Positions 49,937-61,920 of a stretch of 64,000 bases of DNA are shown here, piece by piece; position 1 is the stretch's first letter; each line of letters starts with the position of its first letter. Origin of the DNA: Piedraia hortae CBS 480.64 (taxonomy: Eukaryota); NCBI GenBank assembly GCA_010093745.1, contig MU006011.1, positions 1-64,000 of the forward strand. Reading direction: 5' to 3'. The notes beneath the pieces are model-generated. The model saw only the letters and a program-made list of their open reading frames with translations. It did not search any database and had not been told where the DNA came from. A program made the position numbers and the translations under genes.

Positions 49937-50439
49937 AGTCGCATGACCTTTTCATGTGGACCCATAGGCCAAAGAAACTCGCCTTCAACTTCATGGCCTC
50001 CGATTCCCGCGACGATCTTCAAGGAACGCCGTTTCAAAGAGGCCTTCCGCATCAATAGAGTTAACAGCGGACAATCACAATGACCTGCTGGAAAAGACGC
50101 TCGATGATTATAACAGGTCCCACAGCGCGATTAAATTCGTCACTGGCAACAACTGTCGAACGGACCAGGCAATAGCCAACAGGATGGGTCGGCCACCCAT
50201 TCATTGGCTGCGCCAGCCACCATGTTAATCTAACAGCCCAGGACATACTCGAAGGGTTTGATGCCGAGATTCCGCGCATCAGTGGCTTCATGGTGAGATG
50301 CGCAAGCATGCCAAGCTTGAGCCAGTTACCCGTAACGTCACATGATTTGGATCGACATACCACATGCTCGAACGTGTCTTCGAGATCGAGCGGCGACATC
50401 TACCGTAGGGAAAGATTTGACCACGAAGGGCGACCTAGT

Positions 50440-51110
50440 TCGATGCTGAACTCGTATCGTCATACAAGGATTCGCATAGATCCAAGGCATCGACTACTCC
50501 GAGACATACGTCCCTCTTGCCCGCTTCGACTATATCCGACTCCTTCTCGTGCTCGCCGCCTATTTCAGTATCATGCCCCATCAGATGGATTTTGCCACTG
50601 CGTATCTCAATGCGCCTCTGCCCCATGTCATCTGCATGCATCAACCACCAGGCAAGTCCGAGAACGGCCTTACTCGGACTGCAAAAAGGCTCTCTATGGC
50701 CTCAAGCAGTCAGGACGAGAATGATACGGGACCCTCTCCTCCAAACTTGAACAAGGTACACACAGACAAGGCTGGACCCGTGCATCTTCACACATTCCAA
50801 GCAACAGATCTACATCGGAATATACGTCGGCGATATCTTGATTGTGAGGGACTCCAAAGCGGTCAAAAATTTCAAGGAAACCATGAGCAATACTTTCAAG
50901 CGCAAAGATCTGGGCCTAGCAAAGTGTCTTCTTGGCCTTGAGGTTTTCGCCTCGGCAACCACCATCAAGATGCGTCTTAAGCCAAGCGCGTGCTGGAACG
51001 GTACGGGATGTCGACATGCAATGGGTGCATCACGCCAATGGACCCCACCAACTGCCCCGAACCGGACGACGAGGAGGTGTTAGCCAATTACGGCTCTACC
51101 AGCAGAAGAT
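50440..51110 (+). mobile_element. Ty1/copia reverse transcriptase remnant
   Basis: HQMDFATAYLNA, MHQPPG, KALYGLKQSGRE*, DPCIF, IYVGDIL, KDLG...LGLE, LERYGM; frameshifted. Confidence 0.9.
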
Positions 51111-51503
51111 TGGCATTAAGGGTCGGTGCAGAAGGCAGGGAGGCGGGGAGACTCACCAACTACCAACCTCGCCACCACGTTGTACTTCTTCCCCTTAAGT
51201 TCAGCTTCTGTGCATAGAGGTCGATCGATTGCGTGTCTCGACGTCGACTACACAGACCTGGCATAAATCATTGCTCATTTGAGTGCTTTCATGGTGCTTG
51301 TCGGCCAGACACTGTGATGCCTACGAGCCACGACAGATAATCGCCTTCGGTATTCCATTTTTATACTTTCGACTACCGTGGCGCATCCTAGCTGCCTCAT
51401 CCAATGCGGGGGACAGGTCACGTTTCGCCGGATATGAGGATCGTTTCAACCAACAGAATGCAATTACCGCATGCATTATACAAAACTTGTCTTATAACAG
51501 GCT

Positions 51504-51866
51504 TGTTGGATACAAGCACCGCCGCTAGCGCGTATGCGGGGCACTTGCATAGCAAGTCAGCGATACCTCCTACACTACCAGCTGCACCCTAGGTTTTTCC
51601 CTGACAGGGGTTTTCCCTCAGGGTCATGTCATATGTGACATGGCGAATGCGCCCTGCTAGTGTACGACGTGACGTCACCGGCCCACCGATACAGAGTTTA
51701 TATCCTGAACGTCCCCTCAATTTGAGAAAGATAGTCATTTACACTGTCATATCGACACTGGTATTGACTCATATCCATCTGCATCTGTCCTGTCCCTGAT
51801 TCGGTCTATCGCTTCGTCCTCTTCGGGCCGCTGTGTACTCTCACCAACGCGAGCCTAATCGCTACA
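51504..51866 (+). mobile_element. Solo LTR (family A2)
   Basis: TGTTGG...CTACA termini; TSD AGGCT (51499-51503 and 51867-51871). Confidence 0.92.
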
Positions 51867-52471
51867 AGGCTCCAGAGATCAAGGGAGTGATGTACAACGG
51901 CCATGGCCGCCAACTGGAGGTCTCGGATGGAAACAAGTGGGCAGAAGTCAGGCAATGGGCAGGTCTTCACTGAACCACAAACCCAAGACCATAGGTCAAT
52001 CTCACCGGCGTTTCGTCGTCGCGTCTCATCAAGCTTGAGAAGATGCGTGGCTACACCGTGGTGGGCCGAAGGCAATGTTTTGAGACGATGATGAGCCCGG
52101 AGAGGCGGTGCAGACTACCTTTTAGGGAGATATGAATTACTGAACTGGTCAGCCTGATTCTGGTAAAGATTGCTGGGCGCAATTGCAATACGACCCTGAA
52201 CTAGAGAAACCAAATAGTGTGAAACAGCACGGGCCGCAGACTACAGATTTTTGCATACGGAGAAATGCATGAAGCAGATACAAACCTCATTTCAAACGCA
52301 AACTTTGGAGCCTTGATGATTTACCTTTTTACTTAGGTGGTCTGACAACTGCTCAACATTTCACATTTGCGAAAGGGCGAAGTCGTCGCATCTACCTGGC
52401 TCGAGAAAGCATACCCTCAAAACCGCAAATCGCTGCGGTTGTGAAAATTGAGTTCCTCGCCAGTAACGCAC

Positions 52472-52650
52472 TGTCACTGGTGTGAACAGGGGAAACAGCG
52501 ATGAAAGAAAGACAACAACGCGATTGCTCGCCCGAGCCGGCGGGCGGAACTATGTACAAGAAACAACTAATGTATCAGCGATAACAATGTCGATCATGCG
52601 ATCGACATGCCGAGGCACCGGCAAGGATCGACACTGGCCACCATCTCGTA
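52472..52650. mobile_element. Short solo LTR (family E)
   Basis: TSD CGCAC (52467-52471 and 52651-52655); homologous to 35669-35844. Confidence 0.85.
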
Positions 52651-53185
52651 CGCACTGAAGGGTAATCGTGCTGAAACGCACTCGAAGGTCTGCGTTATGG
52701 CAACATCACTTGATCAATCTGCTCAAGCGAAGAGGGAACTCTTTCGCGGAAGAGGATTGCCATCAATTTCACCGCGCACATCCCTGAGGGTATTGAGGAT
52801 GCCAATCCCCAGGACCCCGTCTCTAGACTCGGCTTTGCATCAAGGTGTGTCCATATGCGATTACCCAATCCTCATATGCCTGTATCTGCATTCAGTGTGA
52901 TCACTACTATACTCGGCTCGAAGATCAACAATGTCATGTAGTATCTATGTTCTATCGATCCTGAAGAAGCAGACGAGGACGAGGTTATCACTGCAAATGA
53001 TCTCGTTGCGGCATATGCTGGCATATTCCTACTCATATGGTCGGTCAGCTCGCAATCAAGATCAATTACAGTGCCGTTGCGAAGTAAGGTCCCAGCCATT
53101 TATCAAGGGAATAGTGCCATCGGAGGGATATCGATTCTGATCCATTATCCTGAGACTATGACAACTTGGTTGTTGCCACCACATT

Positions 53186-53371
53186 ATGGAAGAGCACGAC
53201 ATACAGCTTGAGAGAAGGATTCTTGCTGGACTCAATGCTGAACAAAGCGATGCCTTCAGGGAGTGTATCCATGGGCAATCATCCGTATTCTGCACTGGTG
53301 GAGGAGGTACCGGCATGTCCAGGGCCGTCGAGTCGTTTGTCAGGTGCTTCAGGGACACGCACCCAGCATGA
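53186..53371 (+). pseudogene. Pif1/RecD-like SF1 helicase N-terminal fragment
   Basis: LNAEQSDAF...GQSSVFCTGGGGTG(M)S: Q-motif plus Walker A, one base (AAG>ATG) away from GTGKS. Confidence 0.6.
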
Positions 53372-54059
53372 AAAAATATGTATGTAAACCATGTCGAGGT
53401 TAGGAGACAGTTGGCTGGGACACAATCCTCTAGCACTCTTGAGTAACTTAACGTCGGAATCGGACAGATCGATTTAGCTGGTGTGAACGGAGACGGCCAG
53501 GGGTCTTCAAGAACAAGCTAAATGAGAATGACGATCTTGGGGCGGTTCAAGGCGAGTCGGGTAGCACGAGGCTACTCGCAGGTCGAAGGAACAGATTGCC
53601 ACTAAACGTGTGTCGTGGGTGTGATACGGATCGGAAAGCACACCACACGTTCAATAGGCGTTTTGAACTACAAGGTCATATATTTCCGTCTGAGGTTTCC
53701 GGAGCGGAACCCAAGCATCTGCTTGGATTTGCCGACAATGTCTGTCCGTACAGAGCAGAGGAAGGTCTTGCAAGGTCAATTGCTCTTCTGACTCAAAGTG
53801 TTAAAGCAGCTCTGGGGTGGGGGCAGGATAATCGACTGCAGTCCGCTCCAGGCAAGGCTGATCTAATGCACGTCGCTTGGTCGGGACTATGGACGCTTTA
53901 ACCTTGGAGGTTCACAATGACTCCTGAACCGCACTGTCCGCGGAATGAGCATCCCCAATAGCGTGAGCGATTTCGAGACGACCTTTAAGTCGTCACGTTC
54001 TCGTCATTTGCTGCAAGGATAGAAACAGTCATCCACACAGACGATTGATTAATATTACC

Positions 54060-54859
54060 CCGAGCTAGCTGATCTCTGGACCAAACTTCTTGAGAAGTAT
54101 TTGGCATGCACATCCAATGGGAATGTGTACATATTCCTACCTACCCTGAATAAGTGAGATATACTCTGCTCAGATGAGGCCACGATCAGCCTCAATGCCC
54201 TCATGGAGCTCGACTCTGCATCCGTCAATTATGACGAGGCGTTCCGTCCGTACGTCAAGTACATCGAGAGGAATGCTACTGAGAACATTGCGGCTTCAAT
54301 ACATACGAGTGTGTGCATAGGTACAAAGAGACTGCGTGTGAGTATGCAGAAAGACAGACTCATGTTTGCACTATGCGAACCTGTATTGGCCAACAGCCCT
54401 GCTTATACTAAGTCAAGTGCGATATCATCACTGTGCTACATGCCACTATCTATAAAGTATTGGCCCAAAGAATGGAGTCGCACTGATGACTTCCCTATGT
54501 ACAAATTCATTGCACCTCTCTTTGTGGACCCAACTGAGCTCCTGAGCATAGAGCAGGCTATCGGAAATGCCCTAATCGATCCTGTAGCTTCGAGCAAGGC
54601 GGTAATCCTATACGGTGAGGGAGGCACAGGGAAGAGTACGTTATTGGCTGCCATCAAGACCTCATTCATGGGATGCTGCGGAAGTATCCCAGGAAAATCC
54701 CTTGTGGGGCTCTCTAAGGGCAGCTCAAAGAATCAGACCTCTGAGCTTCCTGTGACAGAAACCATAAGTAAGAAAAACCAACCATATCAATGGAAATGGA
54801 AATCGCTCCAATCCATCATGTCCTTAAACCGCCAGCGATTTGATGGCTCCGCATCCTAA
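54060..54859 (+). pseudogene. D5/SF3-like P-loop helicase/ATPase remnant
   Basis: IGNALIDPVASSKAVILYGEGGTGKSTLLAAI (Walker A at 54614-54637); frame extends upstream through a single TGA (GNVYIFLPTLNK*); degenerates after SLVGLSKG. Confidence 0.6.
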
Positions 54860-57800
54860 AATCAATGCACTGTGGGTTCGGTGAGTACCACGACACCAAC
54901 CTTGAAATCGTTCAAGAGCCATTCTTGGCGTTCGTCGATTCGAACAACGTCTGGCCAATTCGCGCATTACTCTTGAGACGAGCCCATCTTTCCCTCTGGT
55001 CGTCGTCTACCCGGTGCGTTTCGTGGACACGTAGTCGGAAACCTTACACGTTGGCAGAGTGCTATTTATAGGCAGGGACTTTCTATTGTCGCAACCTACT
55101 GAGGAGACGAGACACTTGAGTTACAGGAAGCCCTACATCCAGAATCCCTCTGCTTGCGTTGTCGCGCTATGCCCTCATATATCGAACGTACAGTATATAC
55201 GTCAATGAAAGACCCTCCTCGTAGTCAAGCCTCCTCAACGAAAAGGGAAAACAAGCGATTCACATAGATAACAGCTACCTATCGACCAGTCGCCGAATAA
55301 TATAGAGCTGTCTTTGCCGGTGTGCCGGCGATCCTATACCGCAGGGGATCACCAAATCACTTGCTGACTTCCCCGGGCAGACGCAGCTCAGCTTCGCACC
55401 AAGTTTAAATTGTCGAGGCAAAGCTTAAAACAGAAGCCAATGCTCACTTTCTGTGAGCAGTGACTCCGGAGGAGTGAAGAGAGCACCCCAATCGTGGGCG
55501 CAGATACCGGGGATTGGCGCATCCCAACCAGAAAGAGACTGTATAGGATGGGTCACTGTTGGCTTGGAGATGACATGTGACGAGAGGTGTCGGCCCTGCA
55601 AGTATTCTGTGCGTACCGCAGGTCACTCTGTTGAGCGATGCAGGTCAGTTCGTTGGGCGATATATTGCGCACGTCGTTTAGACTCGTGGGAAGCCTGGCG
55701 ACTAGGTTTTCGAGTCATGCTTTATCGTTTCGAGGTGCCGTGGTGCCGACAGACCATGCTATACTTGGAGGTTTTATTGTTCGTTGGTACTTTTGATATA
55801 CGCTTCTTGTAGCAGGCAGTCCTTCGAAAGTTGGTGGCCGTGATGATGCAGAGCGAGAAGCTAATCATATGGTCGGCATTAGATCTTAAACCACGAATGA
55901 GAAGGCCTCTGCAAGACTCTGAAGTGTCTCAATGTTTTGGTTGTGCTACGCTCAAAATTTGTAACACGATGCTTTTCCACGGATAAGAAAGGTGGGGAAA
56001 AGGCCCCACCTGAATAATGGGTAGCACCCAAATACTCGCAAACTCTACTCATGCACAATACCGGCACTTGGTAAACCAGTTTCAGTCCGAAACGTACAAG
56101 GGCTTGAACTTACATCCACAGCTATTCGCACAGCCTCCATGACTATCGAATCACCAAGTTACCGCAGCGCAGGCACAGCGGTGCGACAAACTTAAAGATA
56201 ACATAGCAGCGTGTCCTCGGTTGCGACTCATTCTCACCAACTTCCACAACAGTACGAGATCAAATGGAGTAGTCGCACGGTTTCTACAACCGGCGGACCG
56301 ACACCTCCGCCCAATTATCATCTTGAACAAAATGGCTAGTCCCATCCGGCTTCAGCCGGTTGGGATGCACGCCATGCCCTGGTCACAATTGCCGTGTATC
56401 CACGGTCTTGGGCGCTCAGTCCTGGTATTTGGGCAGGGACTGCTATTACCTATTGAAATCCTGCCCCGATGAACTCATGTCATTTCACGAGGGACAGGTT
56501 GCACTTGCCTGGAACGCCAGCAAGTTGCAAATCCTGTATGGGATCCAGATCCTGCTTTTCAGACACCAATGGCCTTTAAGATCAAAATGCAGCCGAGCGA
56601 GGGAGCTAGTTGAAGGAGGCCATGTTCAAGTTGAGTCACACGAGGCTCTTTAGGGATTTGCTGGGTTGCCGTGCCTTGGAGCATTCCGACGGTTGATGGG
56701 CTCCGCGAACCAAGATCCACTGGCACCGTTTGAAACAACCCATCCTAGCGCAACTCAAGGGGATCGCTAGGGCATCTCAAAAGCAGCCAGTTCGGGACCG
56801 CTAGGCTGGTGGCGTGCTGCTGTGCCATCAGCAAACCATGAATAAACCTTGGTAAGAAGCTGATGCTCTTCTGCAAAATACTAATTCACAGTAGCAAACA
56901 AGGACAAACATTGCGACTACGCTGTTCATCATGAAATGTTTTGGCATACAATGACACGACTGTTCTCGCGTTCCTTTCAAGATCCCAGTGTACCTCTACC
57001 TTGTCCCTGGTGGAGTGATAGCCAGCCTCGTTCCACGCAATGGTTCATTCGACACATCTCTATGTCGATCACTGTGTACAACGACAAAGTCGACTGTCCC
57101 ATGATTTTTCCTCCCATTGAACTGTATTCTTCTTTCTGATTCCCATTATGACGCTGGAATTGCTTCCGTCACTCGTGGCTCTCTACACATTACTCACGTT
57201 ATTGGAGAGTCCACTAGCAACTTTCGCACACTGGCAATAGGTTTACCTTGCCATACCCGAACATGTCTTTGCAGAAGCATTTGTGAAGTTTGCAGAGTAG
57301 TTATATATGTCTGAGAAAGCATATCTTGCAGCTCCTCGCGTTTTGGGCGTGAGCTGCTCACATGGGAAAGTAATGGAGCAAAATTTGTCTGGTGCCTGGG
57401 ACAGAGATGTCTTACGCGCATCCTATGCGGCAAAGATAACATTACTACAGTAAGCATTACGACTTAACGCGAGTAGATTATTTGAATGCATCGATTGCTG
57501 GGGCTTCAATTGGACAGTCTGGGCGAGAGAGAACGTTGGGAGTACCGTGTTTGGAAATGGCCACTTGGGCATCGGCCATAGAGAATCCAGACATCATGCC
57601 ATGTAGAGATCGGGATGAATTTATTTATATGCCAAGCCTCTTTACACGGGCCTAATTACCCAAACTTCACTCCATGTCCTCCTAATGGATAGCATTCGCA
57701 TGACAGCATGTGCAAAACGTTTTAAATTAAATAATAGCGACGCACGAAGGCGAATTAAATTGACGTGACACGTTCAGAGGTCATATTCATGGATAGGACG

Positions 57801-58082
57801 CGAAGTGACACGCAGTGACGCGCCCAAGTCAACCCGCGAATATTCATTCCGCTTCCTCCGCTTCCTCTGTCTCTTCTACAACATCCTATCCCGAAATCAT
57901 ATTTACTCATAATGCCACGCCGCACCAGCCTCGCTGCTGCCATGCGCGGACGAACATGTTGATAAGGCAGTTGCCGACAAGTTGCTGTTGGAGCTTGCTG
58001 CCGACGCCAGCATTTTGCGCGTTTCAGGTGAGCCTATGCCACGTGTTGCAATTAAATATTCCCCTCGCAATGGGCCCTAAGT

Positions 58083-58645
58083 ATGACTTCCGATACTAAC
58101 GATACCCTAAATAGCAACGTGGTTGGCACCGTAGATCTCGACATCATCGTCAAGCTTCAAACGGTGGGCGAGAGCGCCATCAATGTGGAATACTTTCCCA
58201 GTCGTTTCACTGAAGCGAGGATCCGCTTGCCGGAGCTGAGATCCTGCACGTCGGTCTTTCCCAACGGCATGCTTGTTGTGACAGGGACATCGTACTGAGC
58301 CAACTGTCGTCTTGCTGGGCTTAAGATTGCGCGCATGCTGCAAACTGTCGGGTACAAGCTACTTTTTGGGGGCTCCAAGGTCACTAATATGGTAGCGAGT
58401 GCCGATCTGGGCTACTAAGTGCATATGCATGCAATGAAGGCATCACTGGAACTAGAAGAGCATATTTTACTGTGCATCTTTGAATCTGAGTTGTGCTGTG
58501 TATTGACCTACAGATTCGAGAAGCTTTCAGTAGCCGTGTATTCCACTGGAAATGTGGTGTTCAGTGGCGCCACAGCTGGAGACGCTATCACGGACACTTA
58601 AAATCATATCACCACTTTTCCTCGCCCGTTTTGCATCGAGAAGTC
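58083..58645 (+). pseudogene. Divergent intronless TATA-binding-protein-like gene
   Basis: Both TBP repeats in one frame: NVVGTVDL..EYFPSRF..SVFPNGMLVVTG* ..KIARMLQTVGY..KVTNMVASADL..* ..FESEL..LTYR..VYSTGNVVFSGA; stops at 58296, 58416 and 58599. Confidence 0.85.
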
Positions 58646-59037
58646 ACGAATACTGAGCAGCATTGATGGCCGTTGTTAGGAGGTAGCGCGATCAGTAGCG
58701 GATGTTGGCCTATCGGTATGACACGTTCTTAAGGCATGGCGGGACTGGGTGGGCTAGGGCTCTCATAATAGCTGAGCATAGATTTATATGCAATTTACAG
58801 ACTATTCTGTTCATTAAAGTTCTCTTTCCACTGATCTGATACACAGATGCGGCCCCAAAGAAACGTAATGCAAAGCGCTGGGCATCCACTTTCCAGTACA
58901 TCAAACGTTTTTCCGAGTTGCTGCATTACTTGGCAGACGAGATCCAAAGGTCGTATTACTTCTGCCAAAGGTGATATGTCAGGGGTTTTTGACCGGTGGA
59001 AGGATGGAAACCTGTAATCATGAAAACAGACCCCGAT

Positions 59038-59814
59038 CTACTCACTACACACGGATCTGTCTCGACAACTCGCAAAATCCTTGCTGCCCAACTCACTCTC
59101 GCCTTCATCATTTGACTCGGGTGCATTGTCCTTGCAACGCTGCTTTCCCTTGAATGCCGCTCTCTGGGCCTGAAAATCTTCCCCTAAATCTCGCCGGTAA
59201 TTGCGCGAAAAACTCAAGGCCTCGTTATGCTTGCTACTTGCAGAGATGGGGAACTCCTTGACGGGACACTCCGCCAGAACAATCGGAGGAAGGGAGATGG
59301 GCACCAGCCCCCTTGTCTGCGGACGCTTGCCGCGGAGCGGTTTATGATTTTCCCGTTCGGAGACCATCTTTCTTGCCCTCCTTTCCATTTCTGTCTCCTC
59401 CTTCTCAATTGCCCGAGGCGCCTTTCGTTTCTTCTGGAGCTTGCGGCGTGGGCGTTCAGGCTTGGAGAGGATACGGTGAAGGGGATTTGAAGGTTTGCTG
59501 TCCTCGGGGGCCGCCACTGCCTCGAACACAGGCACGTCCGCCTTGGGGTGGTAAAATGGAGTACCGGTAGGGTCTGGCGCAGAGTTGTGAAATTGCGCCG
59601 CTTGAATGGCGCCATCGTCGTCTGTGTAAAAGAATATATGGTTTTCCGTTTTATATATGATGTCGGGCTCAACTGGTGCCGGCCAGCGGCAGTTTTCCCA
59701 TGCGAAATTTGCCTGGTCTTCATGGCGTGAGGAATTTGCTGTGTTCTTGCATAGTCTAAGAACATGGTCCTTCACGGAGAGAAGAATTTTCTTCAGGGTC
59801 GTCTTGGAAGGCAT
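59038..59814 (-). CDS. Hypothetical basic protein (orphan)
   Basis: Intact 258-aa ORF from an ATG with a pyrimidine-rich leader; K/R-rich RRKLQKKRK; no recognisable domain. Confidence 0.5.
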   Translation of the reverse strand: MPSKTTLKKILLSVKDHVLRLCKNTANSSRHEDQANFAWENCRWPAPVEPDIIYKTENHIFFYTDDDGAIQAAQFHNSAPDPTGTPFYHPKADVPVFEAVAAPEDSKPSNPLHRILSKPERPRRKLQKKRKAPRAIEKEETEMERRARKMVSERENHKPLRGKRPQTRGLVPISLPPIVLAECPVKEFPISASSKHNEALSFSRNYRRDLGEDFQAQRAAFKGKQRCKDNAPESNDEGESELGSKDFASCRDRSVCSE

Positions 59815-60118
59815 TGTGGAGATCGTGTGTAGACGATATTGGTATCAGGAAGATTGAAGGAGGGTTTCGACAGTAGAAGATAGAACAGAGGAGGTTGCAA
59901 ACATGATTTGTTGCTATCTTTCCGTGAGCCACACATGTTGGCTTGGAGAGTTAAAAATCACAGTGGATTGACTCAAGACAACTCTATTGTCTCCGAGAGG
60001 AAAGTGGGTGCAAGAACAACACATGTACCAAGGATGAGCTGGAGATAACTTCAAAGTCGTTACGACTGATTAACTTGAGCTTGTGGTTTATTATCGTAGC
60101 TTCATCACCGAAGGAGTC

Positions 60119-60172
60119 CATGTCAAGTTCTGTCGAGTGACATGTCAAGTTCTGTCGAGTGGCATGTCAAGT
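60119..60172. repeat. 22-bp tandem repeat, ~2.5 copies
   Basis: CATGTCAAGTTCTGTCGAGTG(A/G) twice, plus CATGTCAAGT. Confidence 0.9.
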
Positions 60173-60389
60173 AACTGGGACGGTGCAGGCGAGGAAGTGT
60201 CCCTTGACACATTCAAGGTCTCTTGACGAACGTCAGCAGTATTGGAGCTGCGTGTCAACTCAGCTCTGGGATTGCCTTTCTTGTTGTAGTTGACAAACCC
60301 CCACTGTGTAGCAACGCTGACTTCTGCAGGTTCTACTATGAGGCGTTAAACCCTCTAATATAGTATACAGCTAGCTCGCAACTGTGAGC

Positions 60390-60545
60390 TTAGATAGAGG
60401 TCGACGCTTCTCAGGGTTTTTACCTCCATAGGAGGAAGTTTTCCCTGGGACGAGGCACGATGCCGTTCATGCTCTGTGCGTGCACGGTGACGTGGTCTCG
60501 GTGAATGCGGCTGGACCTGGGCTAGCCTGGGGTAAAGTTTCATAC
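60390..60545 (-). repeat. Degenerate partial family C LTR
   Basis: Reverse complement matches CCGCATTCACC...GGTAAAAACCCTGAGAAG...TCTATCTA of 4521-4641. Confidence 0.65.
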
Positions 60546-61920
60546 TTCACCTCACCACATTACCTCAGCATTTACATACACACATAGCAACACATATATG
60601 TGTCTCACACACCATTGCCTGACCCATAAAATCCGACATCAACTATCATCTGAATCGTTGGTATATCATGGCGAGTAACGCATCGTTGTACACAATGCTC
60701 GCTTCGAGGCTGTTTTGCGAAACTTCACGTCACTCGCACAGACCATCTGGAAATGTCTGCACCGTAAAGCTTGAATGAGCAATGCTCTTGTCAAATATTT
60801 GGAACAAAGCAGCAAAATAATAGCAAGGTATCCGAATTCCACATTCAATGTACCTTAACAACAATGACACACCGTTCGGTAATGGCTTCGTGTCGGTGAA
60901 ATGTACGGCTCGGAAATCCTCCCTTACCAATAACCACACATTCGTCCAGCTCTTCGATACATAAAATCACTCAACGCCCACATTTTAATGTCTACTCATA
61001 CTGCACAACTTAACGCGATAAACCACGACCAACCAAGAATCAAAACGATTACCACGGGTTCACCTCTGGATCTCAAGCCTTTGACTTACTCTCGTCGAGT
61101 TCATGTTAGCCGGCACCTACCATCCTGATAAACCGGTTCTTATCGATGCGGACAACCCTGCGAGGTTTGTCCCTCTTCGCAGGGCACATATCGGCATTAA
61201 ATACCTCCGACGCTTCTTCTATCCTCGCACGGTCGTCTGCACGCATTTGCAGAATGGTGTGCGCTATCCGCTATACGTGCTAAGCATCTTAGCAGCCTGT
61301 GCCATCTGGAACGGCATTCATACTTTATACACGGCGGCAGAGGTCCAGCACCATTTCGTCACCTCGAACACCGCTTAGATCATAACTGAGATGGAACATG
61401 TTGAAACAATTCAAGTTGCGATCGATTCCAGCTCAAGATCAAGGTCCTCCTGCTGTCCGATATGGCAAACAGCACGATGAAGAGTTCTGGACCTCATTCG
61501 TACATTAACCTGATCAGCGTGGCTGTTATGATGAACACGAGCGGCACAGCATGCCTGTCAAAGACTGTGGCCAGCAGCCTTCGTGCTTTCATTAATGACC
61601 TGATCGATGCGGGGTCCACAGAAGGTACCAGGGATTACGAAATTCGTCGAATATTCTGCGTGCCCATCCTCCGCGGATATGGCGCGCCAGAAATGACCTT
61701 CAACGCCTTGCATTATGGCCATGTCAGCTTTTTTCATGCGCCGCCTGGATGGAACGTTTGCGCAGAAATTCCACAATTTCGGCATTACCAAGATGGATGG
61801 GGCTCCGTCTCGGAAGCTGCATCTGGTCAACGACCTGTCTCATTACCATTTCCTCCAGTCGCTGTGCCGCATTTCTGTCGGGGGCGCCAAACTGGCGCCG
61901 GAGTTGAGAAAGGTGACACT

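Noticed and set aside
60119..60172. CRISPR-like repeat
   Set aside because: Head-to-tail tandem repeat without spacers in a eukaryotic context
60740..61700. RNA-virus RdRp-like snippets (ADISRWS; PILRGYG)
   Set aside because: Isolated short motifs on opposite strands; no B or C motifs
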